A DNA stretch of 37,466 nucleotides from an uncultured bacterium. GTDB taxonomy: Bacteria; Planctomycetota; UBA8108. The notes beneath the pieces are model-generated. The model made no database searches, was not told the origin of the DNA, and saw only the letters and a program-made list of their open reading frames with translations. Of the stretch, positions 26,487-35,222 are shown in pieces (positions within the stretch are counted from its first letter, which is position 1; every line of letters starts with the position of its first letter). The stretch is from positions 1 to 37,466 of the forward strand of contig CAJWMA010000001.1 of the NCBI GenBank assembly GCA_913042995.1, given 5' to 3'. The translations under genes were made by a program, and so were the position numbers.

Positions 26487-28721
26487 ATGGAGCGCGGAAC
26501 TTTGGCAGTTCAACAGGGTAGTTTTTCGTTAGCTATTTGTCTGCTGGTACTGGGGTTAGGGATCAACAATCCGATCTGGGCTCAGGCTGAGCCTGTCGAA
26601 CCTCCGGCAGAACAGGCTACCGAGAAAAAAACAAACACGGCACCGGCCGGCAGGAATTCGATTGCCACCCTGGACAAGGTTCATCTTTCCGATGGAACGA
26701 TTCAGCACGGTAAGGTAGCTGAACTGGGCGGAAATACGATTTCCCTCGAGTATCGCGGCGCGGCAAAAAGAATTCCGAAAGCCCTGATCGACAAGATTGT
26801 TTTTTACGAGGGGCGGAGGTCGCAGCAGAAGCTCGACACCGACCTGGTGATTCTCAAGGTCAACGAGCACAGGGTGCCCTGCAAGATTCTCAAGGAGAGC
26901 GGGGTTGAGGTTCGTGTCGAGTTGGCAAACGGGGCCAGGACGACCTATCGCCGTGACCAGGTACTTCGAATCCATTATCGAAACCAGGTGCTCAACTCGT
27001 CATCTGACTATTATACGGCTGACCTGGCCCAGCAGATGGACCAGGCGATTCGGCTTATCGTCAGTGGTGAGGAGAACCGTTCCGCCCAGGCCGAGAAATT
27101 CCTTGTTCAATGCGGAGTTTTTGCTCTCGGCAAGGTTCAGAGGTCGCTTGAGAGCTTTAAAGATGCCGGTGAGCCTGAGAAAAAAAAGATCAAGAGCTCG
27201 TTCGCCAGGATTTTGCACATCCATCAGCTCAAGAAAGTCGTGACTGATTCCATGGAGGCGTCGGAGCCGCGGATCTACGAGGAGCTGACCTATGGCGGTC
27301 TCGATACCAGGGAGTCGCTTCTCAAGGTTCTCTATCCAAAGTTCGCGGATGAGTCCGTGCCCCTTGCAAAGTACATCATCTCGAACGAACAGGAAGATGT
27401 GCGTCTGCGCGCCCTCTCGGTCGAGATTCTACGGCGTCTGAATTGCAACAAGGCTCTCCTGGAGATCTACAATGACTCCAGTCGTGAGTTGAAGCTCGTT
27501 TCCTCCGTAGCTCTTGTTAGAAACAGGATCTTTTTCCCTGTCCCGACTCTCCTGGAGGCTCTCGAGGTAGGAGGAGAGGGTAATTTCAAGATCAGGGCGC
27601 TTGCGGCCGGGGTGCTCAGGGACTCTACCAGGCAGAATTTCGGGTTCAAGGCCGAGGGCACGCCTGAGGCGCGGGCGAAGGCGCTCGCTAAATGGCGGCA
27701 GTGGTGGGAGGAAAATACCCAGCAGTACCGTGCCAGGTCACTTCTGGTTCTCAACAACAGGGCCATTGAGACCGAGGCTCGCAAGGAGAGCCGGGAGTTC
27801 TGGTTGAAGGCTCACCAGTTCTGGATGGCGGGGCGGTTTGATCGAGCTGGAACCTATCTTCGTGAAGCCCGTAGAAAAGATCCCAGCTTTCTCAAAGCCC
27901 ATGTCAGCTATGCGACGCTGCTTTATTCCGAGCTGTCCCGGGTAGAGGAAATTACCGAGCGCAAGGCGGCGATGATTGCCGAGGCTGGGCAGATCCTGGG
28001 AGGGCTTGTTGACAGCGCGCTTCCTGATGCAGCCGGACAGGATCTTCACTGGATACATTTTGAATATGGCAATGTCCTGCGTCTGCAGGGCAAGCACAAA
28101 GAGGCCCTGCGCCAGTATGAAAATAGCTTCGGACTTGATCCTTCCAGCATAGCTTCCGTCCTCGGGATCGCTGACAGCCACTGGGCCGTCGCGACCGGAC
28201 GGAACGAGCTCTCCAAGGTTGAGAGGAAGCTGGAGATGCAATCGGCTCTCGAGGGCTACTCACTTGCTGAAAAGAAGATTGTTGAGTCGATGGGAAACAT
28301 CCAGGTCATGAGCGCCGTGGATATCCCCCAGCTGGGTACCCTGCCTTTTGAGAGACGGGCGCATAATCGGAACGCCCTGGCGGTTCGCGAAGAGCTCGAG
28401 AAGGAGGGGATTCGGCTCTCCATCAAGAAAGCCAGGGTCTATCGCCTGCAGGAGGATCCAAAGAAGGCTGTGGTCGCTCTTCGGCAGGGGCTCGAGACTC
28501 TCAACGCAAGCACAGAGCTCAAGGACAAGAAGGCCCTCGAGGCTGATCTGCGGGCAATGCTCGGAGTCGTCTATGAATCGATGGGGCAGGAGGTCCTGGC
28601 TGTGAAAGAGTACCTGAAGGTCGTCAAGGATCTTGATCGGACCAACCCGGTCTGCCGCCGAGGCTACGAGCGGCTCAGGAAGCGGCTTCAGAAAAAACAA
28701 GCGACAGCCTCGCGCGGCTGA
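26487..28721 (+). CDS. Secreted HEAT/TPR-repeat protein of unknown function
   Basis: Signal peptide FSLAICLLVLGLGINNPIWAQA. Two beta-rich modules of about 40 aa: VHLSDGTIQHGKVAEL..ISLEY...IDKIVF and LKVNEHRVPCKILKESGVEVRVEL...VLRIHY. HEAT-like helices: EDVRLRALSVEILRRL, KIRALAAGVLRD, KALAKWRQWWEEN. TPR-like C-terminal half: AHVSYATLLY, ALRQYENSFGLDP, LGVVYESMGQEVLAVKEYLKVV. Confidence 0.6.
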   Translation: MERGTLAVQQGSFSLAICLLVLGLGINNPIWAQAEPVEPPAEQATEKKTNTAPAGRNSIATLDKVHLSDGTIQHGKVAELGGNTISLEYRGAAKRIPKALIDKIVFYEGRRSQQKLDTDLVILKVNEHRVPCKILKESGVEVRVELANGARTTYRRDQVLRIHYRNQVLNSSSDYYTADLAQQMDQAIRLIVSGEENRSAQAEKFLVQCGVFALGKVQRSLESFKDAGEPEKKKIKSSFARILHIHQLKKVVTDSMEASEPRIYEELTYGGLDTRESLLKVLYPKFADESVPLAKYIISNEQEDVRLRALSVEILRRLNCNKALLEIYNDSSRELKLVSSVALVRNRIFFPVPTLLEALEVGGEGNFKIRALAAGVLRDSTRQNFGFKAEGTPEARAKALAKWRQWWEENTQQYRARSLLVLNNRAIETEARKESREFWLKAHQFWMAGRFDRAGTYLREARRKDPSFLKAHVSYATLLYSELSRVEEITERKAAMIAEAGQILGGLVDSALPDAAGQDLHWIHFEYGNVLRLQGKHKEALRQYENSFGLDPSSIASVLGIADSHWAVATGRNELSKVERKLEMQSALEGYSLAEKKIVESMGNIQVMSAVDIPQLGTLPFERRAHNRNALAVREELEKEGIRLSIKKARVYRLQEDPKKAVVALRQGLETLNASTELKDKKALEADLRAMLGVVYESMGQEVLAVKEYLKVVKDLDRTNPVCRRGYERLRKRLQKKQATASRG

Positions 28722-28771
28722 GCTTTGAGGCGTACTGGAATTTGGACGCCTTCGAGGACAGTCTTTTCAGC

Positions 28772-28799
28772 TTGTCCTGAGGGGGAGTGTTTCTATAAT
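28772..28799 (+). promoter_or_regulatory. Candidate sigma70-type promoter for sucCD
   Basis: TTGTCC (28772-28777), 16-nt spacer, perfect TATAAT (28794-28799), 40-60 nt upstream of the sucC start candidates. Confidence 0.4.
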
Positions 28800-28839
28800 C
28801 GACGCTTCGATATAAACCTGTGTCCGCTCCCCGGAGCGT

Positions 28840-30036
28840 TTGTATAGAGCGAGCCCTCTCTTGAAGATTCACGAATACCAGGCGAAAGAAGTACTGGCCG
28901 CGGCTGGCGTTCCCGTGCCGCCCGGAGAGGCTGTAGATACAGTGGATGCGGCGGTAGCGGCCGCGGAGGCTCTTGGCGGGAGCCTGTGGGTGGTGAAGGC
29001 GCAGATCCACGCAGGCGGAAGAGGAAAGGGGGGAGGGGTCAAGCTCGCCTCCAGCCTCGAAGAGGTCAGGGAGTACAGCGATGCCATTCTCGGCATGCAG
29101 CTGGTCACACCCCAGACTGGCCCCGAAGGCCGGGAGGTGAAGAAGATCCTGGTCGCCGCGGCCTGCGATATTGCCAGCGAGTTCTACGCCGGGATCGTAC
29201 TCGATCGCCAGTTGGGGCTTCCGGTGCTGATGGTGTCTGCCGAGGGCGGCATGGATATCGAGGAGGTTGCCGCCAGCACTCCCGAGAAAATTTTCAAGGT
29301 CAGCTTTGACCCGGGAGCTGGACTTCCTGCGGATGAAGCCAGGGAGGTCGCGGGCAGGCTGGGCCTCGAGGGCGGGTTGGTCGAGGAAATGGCCGGGCTG
29401 CTGCAAAAGCTCGCGCGCTGCTTCCTTGATACGGATGCCAGCCTCGCCGAGATCAATCCCCTGGTCAGGACTACAGATGATTCTCTCCTGGCTCTCGATG
29501 CGAAGTTCTCCTTCGACGACAACGCCCTCTTTCGCCATCCGGAGCTCGTTGAGTACCGGGATCCAGCGGAAGAGGATCCGCTCGAGACCCGGGCCGCGAA
29601 ATTCGGCCTGAGCTATATCAAGCTCGATGGCGAGATCGGGTGCATGGTGAACGGCGCGGGGCTGGCGATGGCGACTCTTGATATCATCAAACACTTTGGC
29701 GGAGAGGCCGCCAACTTTCTCGATGTAGGAGGAGGCGCCACGACGGAGAAGGTGACGGAGGCCTTCAAGATCATCCTGGAGGATTCCGATGTGAAGGCCA
29801 TCCTGGTCAATATTTTTGGCGGGATCATGAAGTGTGATGTCATTGCGGAGGGCATCATCGAGGCCGCCCAGACCATCGAGTTGAGGGTCCCGGTGGTCGT
29901 TCGGCTGGAGGGTACCAATGTCGAGAGAGGCCGGGAACTCCTGGCGGGCTCAGGGCTGGATCTCATCTCTGCGCCGGGTCTCCCGGAGGCTGTCGAGTCA
30001 GTCGTCGCACAGGCAAAGGGAGGAGCTGACAGTTGA
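28840..30036 (+). CDS. sucC: Succinyl-CoA ligase (ADP-forming) beta subunit
   Basis: Motifs: [53 protein letters not shown]. The start is ambiguous. TTG 28840 has GGAG 3 nt upstream. TTG 28861 would give the canonical MKIHEYQ N-terminus. Confidence 0.9.
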   Translation: MYRASPLLKIHEYQAKEVLAAAGVPVPPGEAVDTVDAAVAAAEALGGSLWVVKAQIHAGGRGKGGGVKLASSLEEVREYSDAILGMQLVTPQTGPEGREVKKILVAAACDIASEFYAGIVLDRQLGLPVLMVSAEGGMDIEEVAASTPEKIFKVSFDPGAGLPADEAREVAGRLGLEGGLVEEMAGLLQKLARCFLDTDASLAEINPLVRTTDDSLLALDAKFSFDDNALFRHPELVEYRDPAEEDPLETRAAKFGLSYIKLDGEIGCMVNGAGLAMATLDIIKHFGGEAANFLDVGGGATTEKVTEAFKIILEDSDVKAILVNIFGGIMKCDVIAEGIIEAAQTIELRVPVVVRLEGTNVERGRELLAGSGLDLISAPGLPEAVESVVAQAKGGADS

Positions 30037-30908
30037 GCATCCTTGTCGATAAGAACACGCGTCTCCTGGTCCAGGGTATAACCGGTCGAACTGGAACCTT
30101 TCATACGATCCAGGCCGTCGAATATGGAACGACTGTCGTTGCCGGAGTCACTCCGGGCCGGGGGGGGGAGGCTGTAGAGGGCATTCCCGTTTTTGACAAG
30201 GTAGCTGAGGCGATCGCCGCAACATCGGCGAACGCATCCGTGGTCTATGTCCCGCCGGCCTTTGCCGCGGACGCGGTGCTCGAGGCGGCGGAGGCGGGAT
30301 TGGAGCTCGTGATCTGCATCACGGAGGGGATTCCTGTCCTCGATATGGCCCGGGTGATGAAGACTCTCAAGAGCGACTATCCGGGGACTCGCCTGGTCGG
30401 GCCGAACTGTCCCGGAGTCATTACACCCGGTGAGTGCAAGATTGGCATCATGCCTGGATACATACATTCTCCCGGCACCATCGGTGTCGTGTCGCGCAGC
30501 GGCACTCTCACCTACGAGGCTGTTCACCAGTTGAGCGAGGTGGGGCTCGGGCAGACGACCTGCCTGGGGATTGGAGGTGACCCGATCATCGGTACAACCT
30601 TCGTCGATGCCCTGGAGCTTTTTGAGGGAGATGACGCAACCAGGGGTGTCCTCATGATTGGGGAGATCGGCGGAACAGCTGAAGAAGAGGCGGCCGAGTT
30701 CATCTCAGCTAACATGTCAAAGCCTGTGGCATCCTTCATTGCCGGCAGAGGCGCGCCTCCGGGGAAGAGGATGGGGCACGCCGGAGCTATCATCTCAGGC
30801 GGCAAGGGGACAGCTCCCGAGAAGGTGGCGGCCCTCGAGGCCGCAGGGGTGCAGGTGGCCCTTACTCCGGACCGCCTTGGTGAGACCATGGCAGGGATGC
30901 TCGCTTGA
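30033..30908 (+). CDS. sucD: Succinyl-CoA ligase alpha subunit
   Basis: The TTG start overlaps the sucC stop (TTGA 30033-30036). Motifs: [33 protein letters not shown], phosphohistidine loop MGHAGAII. Confidence 0.92.
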   Translation: MSILVDKNTRLLVQGITGRTGTFHTIQAVEYGTTVVAGVTPGRGGEAVEGIPVFDKVAEAIAATSANASVVYVPPAFAADAVLEAAEAGLELVICITEGIPVLDMARVMKTLKSDYPGTRLVGPNCPGVITPGECKIGIMPGYIHSPGTIGVVSRSGTLTYEAVHQLSEVGLGQTTCLGIGGDPIIGTTFVDALELFEGDDATRGVLMIGEIGGTAEEEAAEFISANMSKPVASFIAGRGAPPGKRMGHAGAIISGGKGTAPEKVAALEAAGVQVALTPDRLGETMAGMLA

Positions 30909-30940
30909 GTTTGCCGACCCGGCAGTCCTGAGCAAGTGTC

Positions 30941-31534
30941 TTAACGCGTCTTGCTTCGGGTCTTTTTCCGCGTTTTCGCGGCGCTCTTCTTGCCTGCCCT
31001 GGAGGAGGTCTTTTTTCGTTTCGCTGATTTTTGAGGGGCGGCGGCTTCGTCCTCATCATCCGGGGATGGGGAGATGATGCCCTCAAATCGAGAGAGGAAA
31101 TCGGGGCCGGGGTTCTCTACTTCGAAATGATAGAGGAGGAAGTGGAGCAGGCGGATGACCTCCGGCTTGGCTTCCGGCAGGGAGTGGGCCAACTCGCGAA
31201 CCATTTCCGGGCTCTCACGCAAGGCATCCAGGAAGGCGCGTTCTTCTTTGCTGACCTCCATTCGTGAAAGGGGAGCGACCGCGTCCGGGTCAGCCTGGCT
31301 TTTCTCGCGGTAGCTGAGTCCCTTGTACGGATAGGGGATCTCTTCATCGAGGAGGTATTCGATCGTGACGCCCAGGTTTTTCGCGATGCGAAAGATGACC
31401 CCTCCGCGCGGAGAGTTCTGCCCGGATTCAATCTTGGAAAGCGCGCTCGGGGTTATTTCGCAGAACCTCGCAAGATCCTGCTGCGAGATGGAACGGTCGC
31501 GCCGAAGATTCATGATCTTGCGCCCAGTCTGCAT
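30941..31534 (-). CDS. XRE-family helix-turn-helix transcriptional regulator with lysine/arginine-rich C-terminal tail
   Basis: A strong SD (GGAGGA) lies 5 nt upstream of ATG 31534. HTH_3-like segment: LRRDRSISQQDLARFCEITPSALSKIESGQNSPRGGVIFRIAKNLGVTIEYLL. The C-terminal 35 aa are QKSAKRKKTSSRAGKKSAAKTRKKTRSKTR. Confidence 0.75.
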   Translation of the reverse strand: MQTGRKIMNLRRDRSISQQDLARFCEITPSALSKIESGQNSPRGGVIFRIAKNLGVTIEYLLDEEIPYPYKGLSYREKSQADPDAVAPLSRMEVSKEERAFLDALRESPEMVRELAHSLPEAKPEVIRLLHFLLYHFEVENPGPDFLSRFEGIISPSPDDEDEAAAPQKSAKRKKTSSRAGKKSAAKTRKKTRSKTR

Positions 31535-31827
31535 AGTATCCTCCAGGCTTTGTCCACCGAACCTGTCCGCCCAACTCCGGGGGCGGTACCGGGATTATTC
31601 TATTGGTCATGAGTTTGAACAAAAGACATTTATTTCTATCAGTCATGTTCCCGGGTCCTCCTGTTGGGCTTTCGCTCCTGAATCCAGGCGAATTTTTCTC
31701 CCTACAGGTACCCTGCCTGGCCTGTTTTCAGGGTCTGTTGGCGCTTTGAACATCGATGACAGCCCCGGGAAGATCGAATAACATGCTCTCCACGTTACTT
31801 ATACGCGTAACCAATGGGGGATAGCTG

Positions 31828-32883
31828 GTGTCCTTTGATTCGATAGAGAATGATTTTGCCGACAACCTGTCTGATGATGTTTCCGGACGTCCGGTTTCCG
31901 AGGTTCTCGTCGAGATGGCCGAGATCCTTCGGCAGGCCCAGTCGGTTCTGATCGCTACTCATGTAGGGCCGGATGGGGACGCGATCGGCAGCTCGGTCGG
32001 CCTGGCACTTGGCCTCAAGAGCCTTGGCAAGGAAGCTCGTATCTTCAGCGGAAGCTCGGTAGATGGCCGTTTTGAGGGCATCATCGCCGATGGCTCCGTT
32101 GAGACGGTGGATGAGGAGGGCGCGTCCCGCCTTGCCGGGCAATTTGACCTCTGCGTGCTCCTGGATACAAGCGAGCCTGCTCGAGCCGGTGTTTTAGAGG
32201 GGGTCATTTTTGCGCCGGGGCAGAAGAGAATCTGTATCGATCATCACCTTCTCTCCGGGGAGTATTCTTTCGATTCGCACCTGGCGGTAGAGAGCTCGCC
32301 AGCTACAGCGTGCCTGGTTCTCTGGCTACTTGATGAGCTCGAGGTTGCCGTCGAGGACGATATTGCGAGAGCTCTGTGGCTGGCGCTGGCGACGGATACC
32401 GGCTGGTTTCGTTTTTCTAACGCTGGCCGGCTTGCCTTTCAATGCGCCGAGAGACTTCTTGAGGGCGGACTCGATCCCGAAGAATTGTACAGTCTCATCT
32501 ACGGATCGCGCAGCGGGCAGAAGACTCGCCTTTGGGGAAGAGTACTCCTGGAGCACCAGCTCTCCCTTGATGGCCGCCTGGTCTGGAGCGTTATTTCACG
32601 GGAGATCCTGGCTGAGACGGGCGCTGTCCGGGAGGACCTGGATGGGGCTATCGACATCCTCAAGGGTGTCAAGGGCGCCCATGCCGCAGCCCTGCTGTCG
32701 CAACTGGACGACGGGTCTTTCAAGGTCAGCTTGAGGTCTGTGGAAAGTATAGATGTCGAGCGTGTCGCGCGAGAGTTGGGCGGTGGGGGGCACGCCAAGG
32801 CCGCGGGCTACAGCGCCACGGGAACTGCGCAGGAGATACTCGATACTCTCAAGGACGTTCTGAGCACACAACTCGACACGTAG
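31828..32883 (+). CDS. DHH/DHHA1 phosphoesterase (NrnA/Pde2/DhhP-like nanoRNase or pApA/c-di-AMP phosphodiesterase)
   Basis: GTG start with GGGGGA upstream. Motifs: LIATHVGPDGDAIGS (DxD), LLDTSEP, ICIDHH (DHH), GGGHAKAAG (DHHA1 GGGH). No N-terminal sensor or TM domains. Confidence 0.8.
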   Translation: MSFDSIENDFADNLSDDVSGRPVSEVLVEMAEILRQAQSVLIATHVGPDGDAIGSSVGLALGLKSLGKEARIFSGSSVDGRFEGIIADGSVETVDEEGASRLAGQFDLCVLLDTSEPARAGVLEGVIFAPGQKRICIDHHLLSGEYSFDSHLAVESSPATACLVLWLLDELEVAVEDDIARALWLALATDTGWFRFSNAGRLAFQCAERLLEGGLDPEELYSLIYGSRSGQKTRLWGRVLLEHQLSLDGRLVWSVISREILAETGAVREDLDGAIDILKGVKGAHAAALLSQLDDGSFKVSLRSVESIDVERVARELGGGGHAKAAGYSATGTAQEILDTLKDVLSTQLDT

Positions 32884-32945
32884 GCACCGCAGGAGCCTGG
32901 GGACGGGGACCTGAGGCCAGGGCTGAAAACCAGGCCTGGCAGATC

Positions 32946-33476
32946 TCAGAAAGTGGACTCAAACTCCTCGAGGTCTTCGAGATCTTCAGAGTCTTCCAGG
33001 CTATCAAGCTCTTTTTCGAGAACCTCGAAGCGATCCTGGTAGAGCCTGTAGCGTGGATCTTCCCTGAGGTTGGCCAGGTCAGGGTCTGTCTTCATGTGGT
33101 CGAAGTTGTCATAGCCGAGCTCGAAAGCACAGTCCAGTGCCATGATAGCGTCGTCTATTTCGCCAAGAAGGCTGTGGCTGCAGGCGAGGTTGTAGTAGAA
33201 GCAGGGATCTTCCGGATAGAGGTTGATCAGGATCTGGTCGGTTTCGAGTCCCTTGCGGTGCTTCTTCAGTCGCGAGTAGATGTGTCCCAACGAGACCAGC
33301 AGTCCGAGTTCCTTCTTGGTGTAGCCCGGAGTGTCCAGGGCTTCCCAGTTGACCTTTTCGAGGGCGATTTCCAGCAGAGACATCTCGAATTCGAGGCCGA
33401 GCGCATCGAAACCAAGGATCTCATCCGCTTCCTCGGGCAGGTCAATCTCTTTCCAGGACCATTGGTGTGTGTGCAT
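32946..33476 (-). CDS. Small TPR-like protein with acidic C-terminal tail, function unknown
   Basis: An in-frame TAA 9 nt upstream of ATG 33476 fixes the start. The segment FYYNLACSHSLLGEIDDAIMALDCAFELGYDNFDHMKTDPDLANLREDPRY resembles a terminal TPR unit. Tail: LDSLEDSEDLEDLEEFESTF. Confidence 0.55.
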   Translation of the reverse strand: MHTHQWSWKEIDLPEEADEILGFDALGLEFEMSLLEIALEKVNWEALDTPGYTKKELGLLVSLGHIYSRLKKHRKGLETDQILINLYPEDPCFYYNLACSHSLLGEIDDAIMALDCAFELGYDNFDHMKTDPDLANLREDPRYRLYQDRFEVLEKELDSLEDSEDLEDLEEFESTF

Positions 33477-33603
33477 CGGCTGTTATTCTTTTGCCTTCTG
33501 AAGGGCTCGAACTCTTCTGATAAGTCTGATGAGGAAGCGCCCGGAGTTCCGATGTCCGCAAAAGCGTCCATGGCGGCTTAAAGCACTTATGTCCTCCTGA
33601 AAC

Positions 33604-33631
33604 ATTCTACCACCACTGAGAATCACCGCAA
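33604..33631 (-). promoter_or_regulatory. Candidate sigma70-type promoter (minus strand) for the 32946-33476 gene
   Basis: Minus strand reads TTGCGG (plus-strand 33626-33631), 16-nt spacer, TAGAAT (plus-strand 33604-33609). Confidence 0.35.
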
Positions 33632-33658
33632 GAACCCCTCTTGGGATGTAGGGGGTTC
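33632..33658. promoter_or_regulatory. 7-bp inverted repeat GAACCCC-N13-GGGGTTC between divergent promoters
   Basis: GAACCCC lies at 33632-33638 and GGGGTTC at 33652-33658. The repeat sits exactly between the two candidate -35 boxes. Confidence 0.3.
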
Positions 33659-33665
33659 GGCAGGC

Positions 33666-33693
33666 TTGACTTGCGTCGTAGACGGACTACTAT
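33666..33693 (+). promoter_or_regulatory. Candidate sigma70-type promoter for miaB-ribD
   Basis: TTGACT (33666-33671), 16-nt spacer, TACTAT (33688-33693). The TTG that the ORF track uses as the 33666 start codon is the first triplet of this -35 box. Confidence 0.45.
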
Positions 33694-33869
33694 CGCCAGA
33701 TGAAATCATTAAGTGGAGTCGCAGCAAAGACATGCGTTGGCTACCGGTAGTAAAGACGGAAAACGGTGAGAGCTCCATCCAGGAGCGCTCCTCGGAAGGA
33801 TCCCGTATCGGCGAGGGTTTGTTGACGGAGGGTTCCTGCGATGAACTCGCGGCCAGCCCGGGAAGCGAA

Positions 33870-35222
33870 ATGATCGGCGGGGCGCCCCTCGACCGGAGGG
33901 TTTATTTCGAGGTCTTCGGTTGTCAGATGAATAAGCTCGATGCAGAGTTGATGCTCGGAGTTCTCAACGAAGATGGCTACGAGCTCACCGATGATCCCCG
34001 GGACGCGGGCGTCATCCTCTACAACACCTGCGCGATCCGGGAGCAGGCCGAGAACAGGGTCTTTTCGAAGCTGGGGAATTTGAAGGGGTTGAAGGATGCC
34101 CGTCCTGACCTGGTGATCGGGATGCTCGGTTGCGGGGCCCAGAACCATCAGCACGACATCTTTCGCCGCTACCCCCATGTGGGGATCGTTTGCGGGCCGG
34201 GTGAATTTCTACGTTTGCCCCAATTGATTGACCAGGCCCGGGAGGAGGGGCAGGTAGCCGCTCTCGATCTCGACAAGCCGGTACGGTTCGCTCGTACGAA
34301 AAATCTTGGCCCTCGGCCTCATCATGCTTTTGTGTCGGTGATGCGGGGTTGTGACATGGCCTGCACCTATTGCGTTGTGCCCACCACCCGAGGTGGCGAG
34401 GTCAGCCGTCCGGTCAGCGAGATCATCGAGGAGGCCGATGCCCTTGTAGCCTCCGGCGTGAAGGAGATCACGCTTCTCGGGCAAACAGTGAACTCCTACG
34501 GTAAGCGCCTGGCTCCCGGCCGAAGGATCGGGCTGCAGCATGTGCTCTGTGGTCTGAATCAACTGGACGGACTGGAGCGGATTCATTTCATCACATCCCA
34601 TCCGCGGTTCATGAACCGGGAGCTGGTTGAGGCTATGGGGGACCTCGACAGGGTGTGCGAATATCTGCCCCTGCCGGTACAGTCGGGCTCGGACGATGTT
34701 CTGCGGCGTATGCTGCGGTCCTATACCATGAAGCACTACCGGAAGGTCATCGATGATTGCCGGCAGCTGGTTCCCGGCATCGCGCTTGCTACGGATTTCA
34801 TCGTCGGCTTCTGTGGTGAGACAGAGGCCGAGTTTGCCGAGACCGTCAAGCTGCTTGAGGAGGTGCGTTTCAACGGCGCCTATATTTTCAAGTATTCCGA
34901 ACGCCCCGGAACTCCCGCCGCCGAGTTCGCGGATGATGTTCCTGAAGAGGTCAAACGTGAACGAAACCAGGTCCTGCTTGAAATCCAGAGACGTATCAGC
35001 CAGGAGCTCAACAGCGAATCAATTGGCCAGGAAACCGAGGTCCTGGTCGAGGGGGTGAGCAAGAAGGACAAGACGCGTTGGAGCGGCCGCAACCGCAAGC
35101 ACCAGATTGTCGTCTTTCCGATCCAGGGAGACGAGAACCTTGTCGGCCAGCTCGTCAACGTAAAGGTCAGGGATGTGACATCGGTCGTGCTGGTAGGGGA
35201 GCGTCCCGGGGAGGAGAGCTGA
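33870..35222 (+). CDS. miaB: tRNA-2-methylthio-N6-dimethylallyladenosine synthase (radical SAM methylthiotransferase)
   Basis: Motifs: YFEVFGCQMNKLDAELM (N-terminal MTTase domain), radical-SAM CxxxCxxC (GCDMACTYCVVP), and a TRAM-like C-terminus (QETEVLVEGVSKKD...GRNRKHQIVVF..GQLVNVKVRDV). The start is uncertain: ATG 33870 (GGAAG upstream) is preferred, ATG 33732 is possible, and TTG 33666 is unlikely. Confidence 0.8.
   Translation: MIGGAPLDRRVYFEVFGCQMNKLDAELMLGVLNEDGYELTDDPRDAGVILYNTCAIREQAENRVFSKLGNLKGLKDARPDLVIGMLGCGAQNHQHDIFRRYPHVGIVCGPGEFLRLPQLIDQAREEGQVAALDLDKPVRFARTKNLGPRPHHAFVSVMRGCDMACTYCVVPTTRGGEVSRPVSEIIEEADALVASGVKEITLLGQTVNSYGKRLAPGRRIGLQHVLCGLNQLDGLERIHFITSHPRFMNRELVEAMGDLDRVCEYLPLPVQSGSDDVLRRMLRSYTMKHYRKVIDDCRQLVPGIALATDFIVGFCGETEAEFAETVKLLEEVRFNGAYIFKYSERPGTPAAEFADDVPEEVKRERNQVLLEIQRRISQELNSESIGQETEVLVEGVSKKDKTRWSGRNRKHQIVVFPIQGDENLVGQLVNVKVRDVTSVVLVGERPGEES

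Noticed and set aside
30909-30940. Rho-independent terminators at the convergent junctions. Candidates are 30912-30924 (TGCCG-acc-CGGCA), 32884-32945 (GCCAGG...CCTGGC), and the regions after 16019, 17423, 18245, 28721 and 36350.
   Set aside because: The stems are only 4-7 bp, often with large loops, and lack a following T-run; the T6 run near 36421 has no stem. I do not consider any of them supportable as terminators.
30941-31646. The XRE gene as the antitoxin of a toxin-antitoxin or phage-derived module, with the 72-aa ORF 31428-31646 (-) as its partner.
   Set aside because: The 72-aa ORF overlaps the XRE N-terminus out of frame and has no SD. No toxin-like, integrase or phage genes are adjacent, and the flanks are sucD and a DHH phosphoesterase.
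33266-33571. The 101-aa minus-strand ORF starting at ATG 33571, downstream of the strong AGGAGGA.
   Set aside because: The ATG lies about 20 nt from the SD, which is too far. The ORF overlaps the TPR-like gene out of frame and its translation is basic low-complexity sequence. It is probably not coding.
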